Origin: a virus
Length of the DNA stretch: 54,627 bases
Strand: one strand, 5' to 3'
IMG/VR virus record: IMGVR_UViG_3300045988_061949
Made by a program: the position numbers and the translations under genes. A model generated the notes under the pieces. That model ran no database searches. It was not told the origin of the DNA and saw nothing but the letters and a program-made list of their open reading frames with translations. This document shows, one piece after another, positions 46,066-54,140 of the stretch (position 1 is its first letter; each line of letters starts with the position of its first letter).

Positions 46066-46362
46066 ATGACGGACTATGTATATGTAGATAATTTTTCCAC
46101 AATAAAACCCAGTGAGATAGACACTACATCAAGTAATGTATATGTATATCAAAGAAAAAATATTGAACTTGTGCCTGAAATGAAAGGAGATGATGGGCAG
46201 ACGATTGCTAAACATTGGAGACACCAGGAAAGAAAATTAAATCATGATGAATATTCTAGATATCTTATAGCAATGGAACAGGTACAAGCAATCAATGAAC
46301 ATTCAGACAATGAAGCCATTGACAATTACACTATGGAATTAATGCAGGAAGGAATAATTTAA
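46066..46362 (+). CDS. Hypothetical protein
   Basis: AAGGAAAGGA RBS. The start is ambiguous (46042, 46057 or 46066). Confidence 0.5.
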   Translation: MTDYVYVDNFSTIKPSEIDTTSSNVYVYQRKNIELVPEMKGDDGQTIAKHWRHQERKLNHDEYSRYLIAMEQVQAINEHSDNEAIDNYTMELMQEGII

Positions 46363-46363
46363 T

Positions 46364-46507
46364 ATGGAAAAAACATTTAGAATCTTAGTTCAAAGTTTGA
46401 AACGTTTATATCAAGCTAACCCTCAGAGGGTCACAAAGAAGGATATTGATAAGCGATTAAAAAATGGAACTATAAATCAAGAAGAATATGATTATATTCT
46501 CAATTAA
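46364..46507 (+). CDS. XkdX-like small protein (47 aa)
   Basis: Hand-translated. The C-terminus KNGTINQEEYDYILN resembles XkdX-family ends. It lies just before the lysis genes. Confidence 0.45.
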   Translation: MEKTFRILVQSLKRLYQANPQRVTKKDIDKRLKNGTINQEEYDYILN

Positions 46508-46533
46508 TGTATGTACAAAATGATATATAAAAA

Positions 46534-46542
46534 TGTTATAAT
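46534..46542 (+). promoter_or_regulatory. Extended -10 element TGTTATAAT upstream of the lysis genes
   Basis: The exact TGnTATAAT is followed by an AATACATAAAA box. Confidence 0.5.
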
Positions 46543-46569
46543 ACATAAAAAGAAAGGAGAATTGTAATT

Positions 46570-47358
46570 ATGATTTTAGTTGGTTCAGCTAGGCATGATG
46601 AAAGAGGAAAGTACTCAGGCGGAACAGCTGGTGACCAGACAGGTCAAGAAGTAACAACTCAAAAATTCTATATTCATAGAAAAGGTTGGATTGTGTTGAG
46701 ACCTAAATCTGTAAGTCATGCAAATGCAATTGGAACAAAAATGTATAATGCTTGTGGTAATCCTAATATAGGATATGACCAGTACAATCGGTTAGGTGTG
46801 GTAACACATGGCATTGGTACTACTACACCAACAGAATGTGATTGCTCGTCACTTGCTAGAGAGTGTGTTAAAGAAGCCACTAATGTAGACCCAGGAAATT
46901 TCACTACAGCTAATGAGAAATCAAAGTTACTGGCTACAGGATTATTTGACAATCTTGGACAGTATAGAAGTGGAATGAAGCTTTATAAAGGTGATATACT
47001 TGTTACTTGCACCAAAGGACATACTGTAATAGTAACAAGCTCTGATTATTCCAGAGATACACCTGCACCTAAACCATATATTCCCACAGTTAGTAATGAG
47101 TACTATAATGTAGGTACTAATTATACATTACAAGTTGAGCTTAAAGTTCGTACAGGAGCAGGCACTAATTATAGAGCTAAGAGACATTCAGAATTAACTT
47201 CTGGAGGTAGAGCACATGATAACGACAATGATGGTGCACTAAACAAAGGAACAGTCGTGACTTGTCAACAGGTAACAAAAATCGGAAATGATGTTTGGAT
47301 TAAATGTCCATCCGGATGGCTTGCCGCATACTATCAAGGACATAGATATGTCAGTTAG
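46570..47358 (+). CDS. Putative endolysin (N-terminal hydrolase domain plus C-terminal SH3-like binding domain)
   Basis: The C-terminal pattern YTLQVELKVRTGAGTNY ... GTVVTCQQV ... WIKCPSGWLAAYY is SH3-like. It sits next to the holins. Confidence 0.6.
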   Translation: MILVGSARHDERGKYSGGTAGDQTGQEVTTQKFYIHRKGWIVLRPKSVSHANAIGTKMYNACGNPNIGYDQYNRLGVVTHGIGTTTPTECDCSSLARECVKEATNVDPGNFTTANEKSKLLATGLFDNLGQYRSGMKLYKGDILVTCTKGHTVIVTSSDYSRDTPAPKPYIPTVSNEYYNVGTNYTLQVELKVRTGAGTNYRAKRHSELTSGGRAHDNDNDGALNKGTVVTCQQVTKIGNDVWIKCPSGWLAAYYQGHRYVS

Positions 47359-47368
47359 TAGGTGATAT

Positions 47369-47644
47369 ATGATTTCAATAGTTGTAGCGTTAATAACTGG
47401 TGGATTATCCTTCATTGGGATTATATACACATCCAAGCAACAGCATAGTATCACGATTGAGGAAGTCAAAAATGAGGTAGCTCTTATAAAGAAGGATATT
47501 AAGAGTTTAGAAGAAAAACAAGATAAGCATAATTCATTAATTGAACGAGTGTATAACATTGAAGCCACATTGAAAGTTATGGACAATCGTGAGAAATTAA
47601 CTGAACGCCGAATTGAAGATTTAAAGAAAAAAGAAGGTGAATAA
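47369..47644 (+). CDS. Membrane-anchored coiled-coil protein (lysis-associated)
   Basis: An N-terminal transmembrane helix followed by a charged helical region. Confidence 0.5.
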   Translation: MISIVVALITGGLSFIGIIYTSKQQHSITIEEVKNEVALIKKDIKSLEEKQDKHNSLIERVYNIEATLKVMDNREKLTERRIEDLKKKEGE

Positions 47645-47647
47645 AGA

Positions 47648-47869
47648 ATGAGAAATCTTATGCTAAATGACAAAACATATAGCTTGTTAAAATGGGTAGC
47701 ATTAATTCTGCTTCCTGCTTTGGGTACTTTGTACTTTGCGCTTGCAAGCATATGGGGACTACCTTTTGGTGAACAGATTGTTGGTACTATTACAGCGATT
47801 GATACTTTTTTAGGTGCAATTCTTGGTATTAGTACTAATAATTATAAGAAGAATGGAGGAACTAATTAA
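47648..47869 (+). CDS. Holin
   Basis: 73 aa with two hydrophobic helices (LKWVALILLPALGTLYFAL and ITAIDTFLGAILGI). Confidence 0.65.
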   Translation: MRNLMLNDKTYSLLKWVALILLPALGTLYFALASIWGLPFGEQIVGTITAIDTFLGAILGISTNNYKKNGGTN

Positions 47870-48123
47870 TGGAAGAAAAGGACAGCTTAGCTAGTGAGCT
47901 TTTACATTTGGTAAAGACTCAAGCACGTAGGTGGTTTATTGCATTTATCATTGTACTTATAATGCTATTTGCCACAAATCTTGCATGGCTATATGCATGG
48001 AATCTACCTAGTGAAGAATCAACTTCCGAGTCTTATGACATACAATCGGAAGATAATGGAAATGCAGTATATAATGAAAGTGGAGGTGTGAATATTGGCA
48101 CGAGTGAGAGTGACGAAGACTAG
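47869..48123 (+). CDS. Small membrane protein (BhlA/holin-like)
   Basis: A single transmembrane helix (WFIAFIIVLIMLFATNLAWLYAW) and an acidic tail. Confidence 0.5.
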   Translation: MEEKDSLASELLHLVKTQARRWFIAFIIVLIMLFATNLAWLYAWNLPSEESTSESYDIQSEDNGNAVYNESGGVNIGTSESDED

Positions 48124-48175
48124 AACAGTAAAACGTACCAACAGACCTCGTTCAAGAAGAAGGTCGAAGAGGTAA
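48095..48175 (+). CDS. Arg/Lys-rich mini-ORF (26 aa) ending in TAA-TAA
   Basis: TTG start 8 nt after GGAGG. Hand-translated to MARVRVTKTRTVKRTNRPRSRRRSKR. Confidence 0.3.
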   Translation: MARVRVTKTRTVKRTNRPRSRRRSKR

Positions 48176-48178
48176 TAA

Positions 48179-48379
48179 ATAACAATTTCAGAATTTACCA
48201 AACCAGAGCTTGACTATTTTAGACAGAATTGTAATTTTGTAAATCTTGAAATTAAGTTGTTTGAAGAAAGAGCTAAAGGGATTTCATTAGAGCAAATTGC
48301 TGAAGATTTACATATCTCTTATGATTATGCTAGACAGTTAAGTAGAAAAGTTAATAAGAAGATTCTCAAAGTCTTATAA
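48179..48379 (+). CDS. Sigma-70 region-4-like HTH protein with no canonical start codon
   Basis: The open frame reads ITISEFTKPELDYFRQNCNFVNLEIKLFEERAKGISLEQIAEDLHISYDYARQLSRKVNKKI. There is no ATG, GTG or TTG before codon 26 of that frame. Confidence 0.45.
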   Translation: MTISEFTKPELDYFRQNCNFVNLEIKLFEERAKGISLEQIAEDLHISYDYARQLSRKVNKKILKVL

Positions 48380-48389
48380 TAACACATTG

Positions 48390-48429
48390 AGTACACATTT
48401 AACACATTGTTAGATGTGTACTTTTTTAT
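48390..48429 (+). terminator. Rho-independent terminator
   Basis: AGTACACAT / ATGTGTACT stem followed by T7. Confidence 0.75.
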
Positions 48430-48459
48430 TATATTAAAGTTAAGAAGGAGGAAATATTT

Positions 48460-48612
48460 ATGACAGTAGAAGATATTTTTAATAATTTGGTTTCTAACGA
48501 AAAATTAAATACAATTCCTTCAGCTTACATTGTTAAGATTGCTTTAGAAACCATTAAAATATTAGAGCAAAATAATTTAATAGATTTGGAGGATAAACAT
48601 GAATCCATATAA
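48460..48612 (+). CDS. Small hypothetical protein (50 aa)
   Basis: AAGGAGG RBS. Hand-translated. Confidence 0.5.
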   Translation: MTVEDIFNNLVSNEKLNTIPSAYIVKIALETIKILEQNNLIDLEDKHESI

Positions 48613-48994
48613 TAATTATAATATGGGAATGAATAATTTCTATCCCAATCAATTTTCCACATTAACTCAACCTCAAATGCCTACACAAAACCTTATTAGG
48701 GTTAATGGCATTGATGGGGCTAAAGCTTATCAGATGTCAGCTAATAACACAGTGGCATTATTCGATACTAATGAGGATATCATGTATGTAAAGTCAACAG
48801 ATGGTGCTGGCTTTCCATCTATACGGACATTTTCATTTACGGAAATAAAAGAAAACACAAAAGTATCACAAAATAGTGATTATATAAGCAGACAAGAATT
48901 TGAAGATTTTAAAAAGGAGCTGATGAACAATGGCAAGCAGTCTATTTCAAGGTCAAAATCAAATCTCACAACAGATAAATCCGCAGATAATTAA
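48599..48994 (+). CDS. Hypothetical protein with a Q/N-rich N-terminus
   Basis: 131-aa ORF with GGAGGA RBS. Confidence 0.6.
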   Translation: MNPYNNYNMGMNNFYPNQFSTLTQPQMPTQNLIRVNGIDGAKAYQMSANNTVALFDTNEDIMYVKSTDGAGFPSIRTFSFTEIKENTKVSQNSDYISRQEFEDFKKELMNNGKQSISRSKSNLTTDKSADN

Positions 48995-49145
48995 TCAGGC
49001 AAAAGCTATGATGAATAATCTAAATCAAGTTAAAGGAATAATGAACATGCTTAGTGGAAAAGGATTAAATCCAGAGCAAGCAGTTAGAAATATTTGTCAG
49101 CAAAGAGGTATAAATGTAGATGAATTTATGTCTCAGCTAAAATAA
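48930..49145 (+). CDS. Hypothetical Q/N-rich protein
   Basis: 71-aa ORF overlapping the previous gene by 65 nt in another frame. An alternative start is at 49005. Confidence 0.4.
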   Translation: MASSLFQGQNQISQQINPQIINQAKAMMNNLNQVKGIMNMLSGKGLNPEQAVRNICQQRGINVDEFMSQLK

Positions 49146-49196
49146 GGATTTTGCAAAATCAATATAAATATTAAAAAATGGAAGGAGAATACTACT

Positions 49197-49586
49197 ATGA
49201 CAGATGGAGTATCTTTAGCAGACATTGCCGCAGTCACAGACAATAAAGACGGTATGTTCGGTGGTGCCGGTGGTGGCGGAATGTGGATTTTTGCACTTTT
49301 AATCCTCTTACTTATTGGTGGAGCTGGTTATTATGATATAGATGCAAGTGTATCGGTAGCCGCAAGTGCCGCAGGAAATATAACTGCTACACTTTTCAAA
49401 GATGGAGCACCAGTACAAGGAGCTACAGCCATTGCAACAGCAACAGCGGCAGGTGACATTGTAACTCTTCCTATATCAGCTCTTGTAAGGTTAAATTGTG
49501 ATTGTGACACTGCAAATCTCACCATCGTTATTGGTGGACAAGTAGTAACCGCTCAGAACCTTGCATTTGTGGTAGAGAAGGAGTGA
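49197..49586 (+). CDS. Membrane protein with a Gly-run plus transmembrane N-terminus and an Ala/Thr-rich beta-type C-terminal domain
   Basis: GGAGAA RBS. The ORF contains MFGGAGGGGMWIFALLILLLIGGAG. It is visibly more GC-rich than its neighbours. Confidence 0.6.
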   Translation: MTDGVSLADIAAVTDNKDGMFGGAGGGGMWIFALLILLLIGGAGYYDIDASVSVAASAAGNITATLFKDGAPVQGATAIATATAAGDIVTLPISALVRLNCDCDTANLTIVIGGQVVTAQNLAFVVEKE

Positions 49587-49593
49587 TTAAGTT

Positions 49594-49887
49594 ATGAGAA
49601 AAATTAATAAATATATAGACCATATTAAAGATGAAGTTGATGGAGCAGAGGAATATGCAGAAAAATATATTGAATTGAAAGTTAATAACCCACAATGGGC
49701 TAAACTTTACCATGATATGAGTAATCAAGAATTACTGCATGCTCAGAATTTCAAAGAGATGGGTGAATCTATATATGCAGAAATGAAGAATACTTATATG
49801 CCGGAAGAGACAGAAGAAAAGTGGGAGCATTGTATGCGAAAATATGCAGACAGAGTAGCTAAGATTAAAGTGATGTTATCAATGTAG
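49594..49887 (+). CDS. Hypothetical helical protein (possibly half-ferritin-like)
   Basis: 97 aa. The spacing of DGAEEY ... QELLHAQ resembles an E...ExxH motif. Confidence 0.5.
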   Translation: MRKINKYIDHIKDEVDGAEEYAEKYIELKVNNPQWAKLYHDMSNQELLHAQNFKEMGESIYAEMKNTYMPEETEEKWEHCMRKYADRVAKIKVMLSM

Positions 49888-49895
49888 GTGAGCAT

Positions 49896-50231
49896 ATGAC
49901 ATTTAATGAGAGTATTCCTATTGCAAAAGAACTTGCAGAAAACGAGCTTGCTAAACATTTTGATGTTGATGCTTTTATAATTCTTGCGCTTGTAGATAAG
50001 ATGAATATTGATTTGGTACCAGATAACAGTGTGGATGAAGCCATTACAGATATTCAAGACTTGTTCGTTACTTACATGCATAATAGAAGTATCAGTAATC
50101 TTGAAGCATTAATGTCTACTATTAGGAAGATGTTAAGTGAGTTATATCACTCTTGCACAGCAGAAGAAAAAGAAGTATTCACTAAGTATCTATCTAATTT
50201 AGAAGATATAGTGCATACTGCGAATGTATAA
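49896..50231 (+). CDS. Hypothetical protein
   Basis: 111-aa ORF. Confidence 0.55.
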   Translation: MTFNESIPIAKELAENELAKHFDVDAFIILALVDKMNIDLVPDNSVDEAITDIQDLFVTYMHNRSISNLEALMSTIRKMLSELYHSCTAEEKEVFTKYLSNLEDIVHTANV

Positions 50232-50232
50232 G

Positions 50233-50266
50233 AATAGAGAGGACAAAAATCCTCTCTATTTTTTTA
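50233..50266 (+). terminator. Rho-independent terminator
   Basis: AATAGAGAGG / CCTCTCTATT 10-bp stem followed by a T-run. Confidence 0.85.
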
Positions 50267-50286
50267 TTTTAATGTACATAAAACTA

Positions 50287-50315
50287 TTGACAATAATAGT
50301 TTTATGTATTACAAT
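50287..50315 (+). promoter_or_regulatory. Conserved promoter, copy 6 (TTGACA-N17-TACAAT)
   Basis: Hexamers at 50287-50292 and 50310-50315. An ATGTACATAAAA box lies upstream. Confidence 0.8.
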
Positions 50316-50347
50316 ATAAATAAATTAAAGAAAGGAGAAATTATATA

Positions 50348-52063
50348 ATGATTAAAATACATATTGGAGAGCCCAAAAAGCTATCCAACAACATTTTAGT
50401 AAAAAAGAGTGCTTTTGTAAGTTTTGATTATAATCCTGATATTGTGAATTTCATTAAGCAAATGGGGACAAGAGTTTATAATCCGGATAATCATACTTGG
50501 GAAATGCCTATAAACAATATAATAGGTTTATGTAATAAATTTGAGAATGAAGAAATCAAAATTGAAGGTATTTATGAAGATTTGCATAAGCAAGAATTTG
50601 AGATTGATATTCCAAAAGATTTTGAATTTAAAACAAAACCATTCAATCATCAGGTTGATGGTGTAAGATTTGGTTTAAATAAGAAAAAATTTCTCTTATG
50701 TGATGACCAAGGGTTAGGAAAAACAAAGCAAATTATAGACTTTGTTGGATGTCTTGAAAAAACAGACACAATCAATAAGGTACTTATCGTCTGTGGTGTA
50801 AACTCATTAAAATATAACTGGCAATATGAAATTGGTGTACATTCAGACGAAAAAGGATGGGTACTAGGTACACGTTTTAGAAAGACCACAGGAAAGGCAT
50901 ATGAAGGCTCAACAAAAGATAAGCTTGACGATTTAGACAATCTTCCAGATTGCAGATATATTATAACAAATATTGAGTCACTTAGAGCAGGAGCTAAAAA
51001 GATATCCAAAACAAAATATCATTTTCCGATTGCTGAAAAATTACAAGAATTATGTAAAAATGGAACAATCTCAGTAATTGCTTTTGATGAATGCCATAAG
51101 TCAAAAGACCCCACATCTTTACAGAGTAGAGCAATGTTATTATTATCTGCTTCATATATGTCAGCTATGAGTGGTACACCCTTAATGAACAACCCACTTG
51201 ATTTATATTTTCCAATACATTGGTTAGGATATGAACAGCATAGTTTATATCAATTTAAACAACACTATTGCAAATTTGGTGGATGGGGTGGTTCACAAGT
51301 TGTTGGATATAAGAATCTTGAAGAAATAAGGGCATTAATGGAAAAAATAATGATTAGAAGATTGAAATCAGAAGTTCTTGATTTGCCTGAAAAGATTAGA
51401 AAGATTGAATATGTTGATATGACACCTAAACAGAATCAGATATATAAAGAAGTATATAATGGTGTTATGTCAGATTTACAGAAAATCAAATTTTCAAATA
51501 ATCCGCTTTCCATGATGATTAGATTAAGACAAGCAACTGGATGGACAGGTATCTTATCAGACAAAGTACAGGAATCAGCAAAAATGGAAAGAATGATTGA
51601 ACTTGTAGAAGAAATCACTGCAAGTGAACAAAAAGCTATTATATTCTCAAACTGGGAAAGTATAACAAGTGTTGCAAAAGAGAAATTGAAAGCTTATAAT
51701 CCAGCTTATATCACAGGAGCAACTAAAGCGGATGAACGTATGAAAGAAGTTGACAGGTTCCAAACTGATGATAAATGCAGAGTTATAATTGGTACTATTG
51801 GAGCAATGGGAACAGGTCTTACATTAACAGCGGCACAAAATGTTATCTTTTTAGATTCACCTTGGAATATGGCATTAAAAGCACAAGCAGAAGATAGAGC
51901 TCATAGAATTGGTACAAAAGGAACAGTTAATATCATTACTCTTGTATGCAAGAGCACCATAGATGAGAGAATTGAGGAACTTGTTGAAAAGAAAGGACAA
52001 ATTGCAGATGCATTAGTAGATGGAAAAGCAAGCGTTGATGATATAAATTTCTTACTATCATAA
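50348..52063 (+). CDS. SNF2-family helicase
   Basis: DDQGLGKTKQ (motif I), FDECHKSK (motif II), and LDSPWNMALKAQAEDRAHRIGT (motifs V/VI). Confidence 0.85.
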   Translation: MIKIHIGEPKKLSNNILVKKSAFVSFDYNPDIVNFIKQMGTRVYNPDNHTWEMPINNIIGLCNKFENEEIKIEGIYEDLHKQEFEIDIPKDFEFKTKPFNHQVDGVRFGLNKKKFLLCDDQGLGKTKQIIDFVGCLEKTDTINKVLIVCGVNSLKYNWQYEIGVHSDEKGWVLGTRFRKTTGKAYEGSTKDKLDDLDNLPDCRYIITNIESLRAGAKKISKTKYHFPIAEKLQELCKNGTISVIAFDECHKSKDPTSLQSRAMLLLSASYMSAMSGTPLMNNPLDLYFPIHWLGYEQHSLYQFKQHYCKFGGWGGSQVVGYKNLEEIRALMEKIMIRRLKSEVLDLPEKIRKIEYVDMTPKQNQIYKEVYNGVMSDLQKIKFSNNPLSMMIRLRQATGWTGILSDKVQESAKMERMIELVEEITASEQKAIIFSNWESITSVAKEKLKAYNPAYITGATKADERMKEVDRFQTDDKCRVIIGTIGAMGTGLTLTAAQNVIFLDSPWNMALKAQAEDRAHRIGTKGTVNIITLVCKSTIDERIEELVEKKGQIADALVDGKASVDDINFLLS

Positions 52064-52083
52064 ATAAAAAATACATAAAACTA

Positions 52084-52112
52084 TTGACAATTATATTTTT
52101 ATGTATTACAAT
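52084..52112 (+). promoter_or_regulatory. Conserved promoter, copy 7 (TTGACA-N17-TACAAT)
   Basis: Hexamers at 52084-52089 and 52107-52112. An AATACATAAAA box lies upstream. Confidence 0.8.
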
Positions 52113-52153
52113 ATTAACAAAGAAACATATATATCATTTTTGGAGGATTAAAA

Positions 52154-52378
52154 ATGAAAATTTACAAAGTATTTAAAAATTCACATAAAATATTAGCATA
52201 TGTGAAAGTAAGTGAAAATGCTTGCAAAGCAATATTTGATACATCATATGCCGCTCTACAATTAGTGAGATATAATTATAATGATGATAGTATTAATGGG
52301 ACACAGTTAGTTGATGTTAACGAACCACTTGAACCTGATGTACCTATACTTACGATATGTGCAGGAAAAAGGAGGTGA
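52154..52378 (+). CDS. Hypothetical protein
   Basis: 74-aa ORF with GGAGGA RBS. Confidence 0.6.
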   Translation: MKIYKVFKNSHKILAYVKVSENACKAIFDTSYAALQLVRYNYNDDSINGTQLVDVNEPLEPDVPILTICAGKRR

Positions 52379-52382
52379 TAAT

Positions 52383-52718
52383 ATGTCGGAGAAATTTTCA
52401 ACAGCAAGAGCCGCACAGATACTTGATGTATCTACAAAGACCATTATTAGATGGTATAAATGGTATAATTCAAAATACTATGAGAAACCCGTAGGTTTGG
52501 TTTTACCTGAACCTGAAATTGATAATCGAGGTACAATGCTATTCACATTAGCTCAAGTACAGGAGTTAAAACGATTTTCTCAGTTGTTAAAAACTGAGTA
52601 TCGTGGATGCATGGCAGAATTTAATGCTGTATATCAGTGGGGAAAACGTGGTACCCAGATTTTACAGTTAGGTAAACAATATAATAACAAGAAAAAAGGA
52701 GAGACATTAAATGAGTAG
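52383..52718 (+). CDS. MerR/excisionase-type HTH DNA-binding protein
   Basis: FSTARAAQILDVSTKTIIRWYKW, with AAGGAGGTG RBS. Confidence 0.6.
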   Translation: MSEKFSTARAAQILDVSTKTIIRWYKWYNSKYYEKPVGLVLPEPEIDNRGTMLFTLAQVQELKRFSQLLKTEYRGCMAEFNAVYQWGKRGTQILQLGKQYNNKKKGETLNE

Positions 52719-53109
52719 AAGAGATGGATTTGATTTATCAAAAATCATTGATGAATATAAGGAATCAAAAGATAAAGAAAATGCACTAAAAAAAGTAAAT
52801 AATGAACTTAACGAGAATATCAAGAGTTATATGTATGAGCATGATATGAGTTCAGCAGATTCAGAGAAATATACTGCTATATTGACTAAAACCGATAAAG
52901 AATCACTAAATGAGGATTTAGCAATCGAGATTATCAAAGAAAATCTCAGTGGAGCTTTATTAGCATCAGTAATTAAACAGAAAGAGTATATTGATGAAGA
53001 TGCTTTGGAAAAGCTGGTTTATAATGGAGATTTTGATATCTCTAAATTGGAAAAAGCTAAGATAACAAAAACATCTTATACACTAAGAGTCACAAGAAGA
53101 AAGGAGTGA
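52711..53109 (+). CDS. Hypothetical coiled-coil protein
   Basis: 132-aa ORF with GGAGAG RBS. Confidence 0.6.
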   Translation: MSRRDGFDLSKIIDEYKESKDKENALKKVNNELNENIKSYMYEHDMSSADSEKYTAILTKTDKESLNEDLAIEIIKENLSGALLASVIKQKEYIDEDALEKLVYNGDFDISKLEKAKITKTSYTLRVTRRKE

Positions 53110-53393
53110 TGATATATATGGATGGCTATAGAGAAAATTGCATAGAGTGGATAACAGGCGAGGATACTATTACACTATCAATTAGTCAAAAGAAATTCAT
53201 AACTAAGATTGAGTCATTATGTAAGAAACATCCTGACAAAGCTAAAATTATAACTTATAACAATGATGGTAGTATTTTAGCTAAACTACCGCTTAAAGCA
53301 TTAAAACTTTCTATCATCGAAAAAGAACTTACAGACGAACAAAGAGAAGAAATGGCAGAAAAAGCCAAAAAAAGATTTCATGGAGGTAATTAA
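53109..53393 (+). CDS. Hypothetical protein
   Basis: The ATG overlaps the upstream TGA (TGATG). An alternative ATG is at 53118. Confidence 0.55.
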   Translation: MIYMDGYRENCIEWITGEDTITLSISQKKFITKIESLCKKHPDKAKIITYNNDGSILAKLPLKALKLSIIEKELTDEQREEMAEKAKKRFHGGN

Positions 53394-53395
53394 GA

Positions 53396-53956
53396 ATGAG
53401 TAAAATTTGTAAATATGCAGGAGACCCAGCAGACGAGTACTGCAAGAATTGTGATGGAATAACAATGGAAGTTGATAATAAGAAAATAGCTTGTACAGAG
53501 TGTGCAGGCTACGAAGCAGGAGAAGATGAATTTATGGATATACCTGATATACCTGAGGAAGATGCATCTGTTGATGCTACATCAACAAACAATGAAGAAA
53601 AATCAGTCGAAAAAACAAATAAAACTAAAAAGAGTAACAACAATACAGCTACTAACAAAAATGTAAAATCTGCATTAAAAAACAAAGAAACAATCAACAA
53701 AAAAGAGGATAAAGCTGTTAAAGTTAAAGAAGAGAAGAAAGCTGTTGAAACAAGTAATGACATCAAAGTGGTATCTATGAGATATACATCCGGTGCTACA
53801 GTCAGGAAAGGAGATAATTATTTCAAATTTATCGCAGAGGAAGAGTGGGATGTATCACAGACAGAACAGAACATTGATGATGTAAGAGAACAGTTATGGG
53901 CTAAACTTAATTGTGAAGTAGATAAGCAGATTGAGGAATTAAATTCAATCAATTAA
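53396..53956 (+). CDS. Hypothetical protein with an N-terminal zinc ribbon and a Lys-rich linker
   Basis: CKNCDG ... CTEC, 186 aa. Confidence 0.6.
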   Translation: MSKICKYAGDPADEYCKNCDGITMEVDNKKIACTECAGYEAGEDEFMDIPDIPEEDASVDATSTNNEEKSVEKTNKTKKSNNNTATNKNVKSALKNKETINKKEDKAVKVKEEKKAVETSNDIKVVSMRYTSGATVRKGDNYFKFIAEEEWDVSQTEQNIDDVREQLWAKLNCEVDKQIEELNSIN

Positions 53957-53959
53957 ACT

Positions 53960-53988
53960 ATTGTAATTTATTTATTTGTATGTTATAA
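53960..53988 (+). promoter_or_regulatory. Promoter TTGTAA-N17-TATAAT with an extended -10 (TGTTATAAT)
   Basis: Hexamers at 53960-53965 and 53983-53988, with TG at 53980-53981. Confidence 0.6.
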
Positions 53989-54072
53989 TAAATGTACAGC
54001 GTGAGAGACACGCAACAGCTGATATTAGGTTGGCGGACTTAATATCTGTAACAACTTAATATCAGTAATTAG

Positions 54073-54124
54073 ATAAGTTATACACTTTGAACCGCCATTC
54101 AATTTGTATAACTTATTTTATTTT
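54073..54124 (+). terminator. Terminator-like hairpin inside the leader of the replication initiator gene
   Basis: ATAAGTTATACA / TGTATAACTTAT perfect 12-bp stem, 20-nt loop, then TTTATTTT. It lies between the promoter and the RBS at 54128. Confidence 0.55.
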
Positions 54125-54140
54125 AGAAAGGAGAACTTCA

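Noticed and set aside
44756-46570. A complete diversity-generating retroelement next to the fibre gene
   Set aside because: No reverse transcriptase (YxDD) ORF, no Avd-like ORF and no second copy of the 45900-46036 sequence exists anywhere in the genome. Only the VR-like end is reported, as an orphan.
47239-47751. 170-aa ORF on the minus strand, the longest antisense ORF in the track
   Set aside because: It lies entirely antisense to the endolysin end, the transmembrane/coiled-coil gene and the holin gene. Its sequence is low-complexity Ser/Phe/Ile/Leu, typical of the reverse complement of AT-rich coding sequence. It has no RBS. Every supported gene in the genome is on the + strand.
48430-50266. 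A lysogeny module (integrase, repressor, excisionase) at the usual position after the lysis genes
   Set aside because: None of the six ORFs shows tyrosine- or serine-recombinase or CI/Cro-like motifs. The only excisionase-like HTH (52383) stands without an integrase.
240-53766. All other minus-strand ORFs in the track, for example 18088-18501, 21112-21447, 45767-46102 and 50650-51009
   Set aside because: Each is nested antisense within a well-supported + strand gene, has a hydrophobic low-complexity composition and lacks a Shine-Dalgarno sequence.
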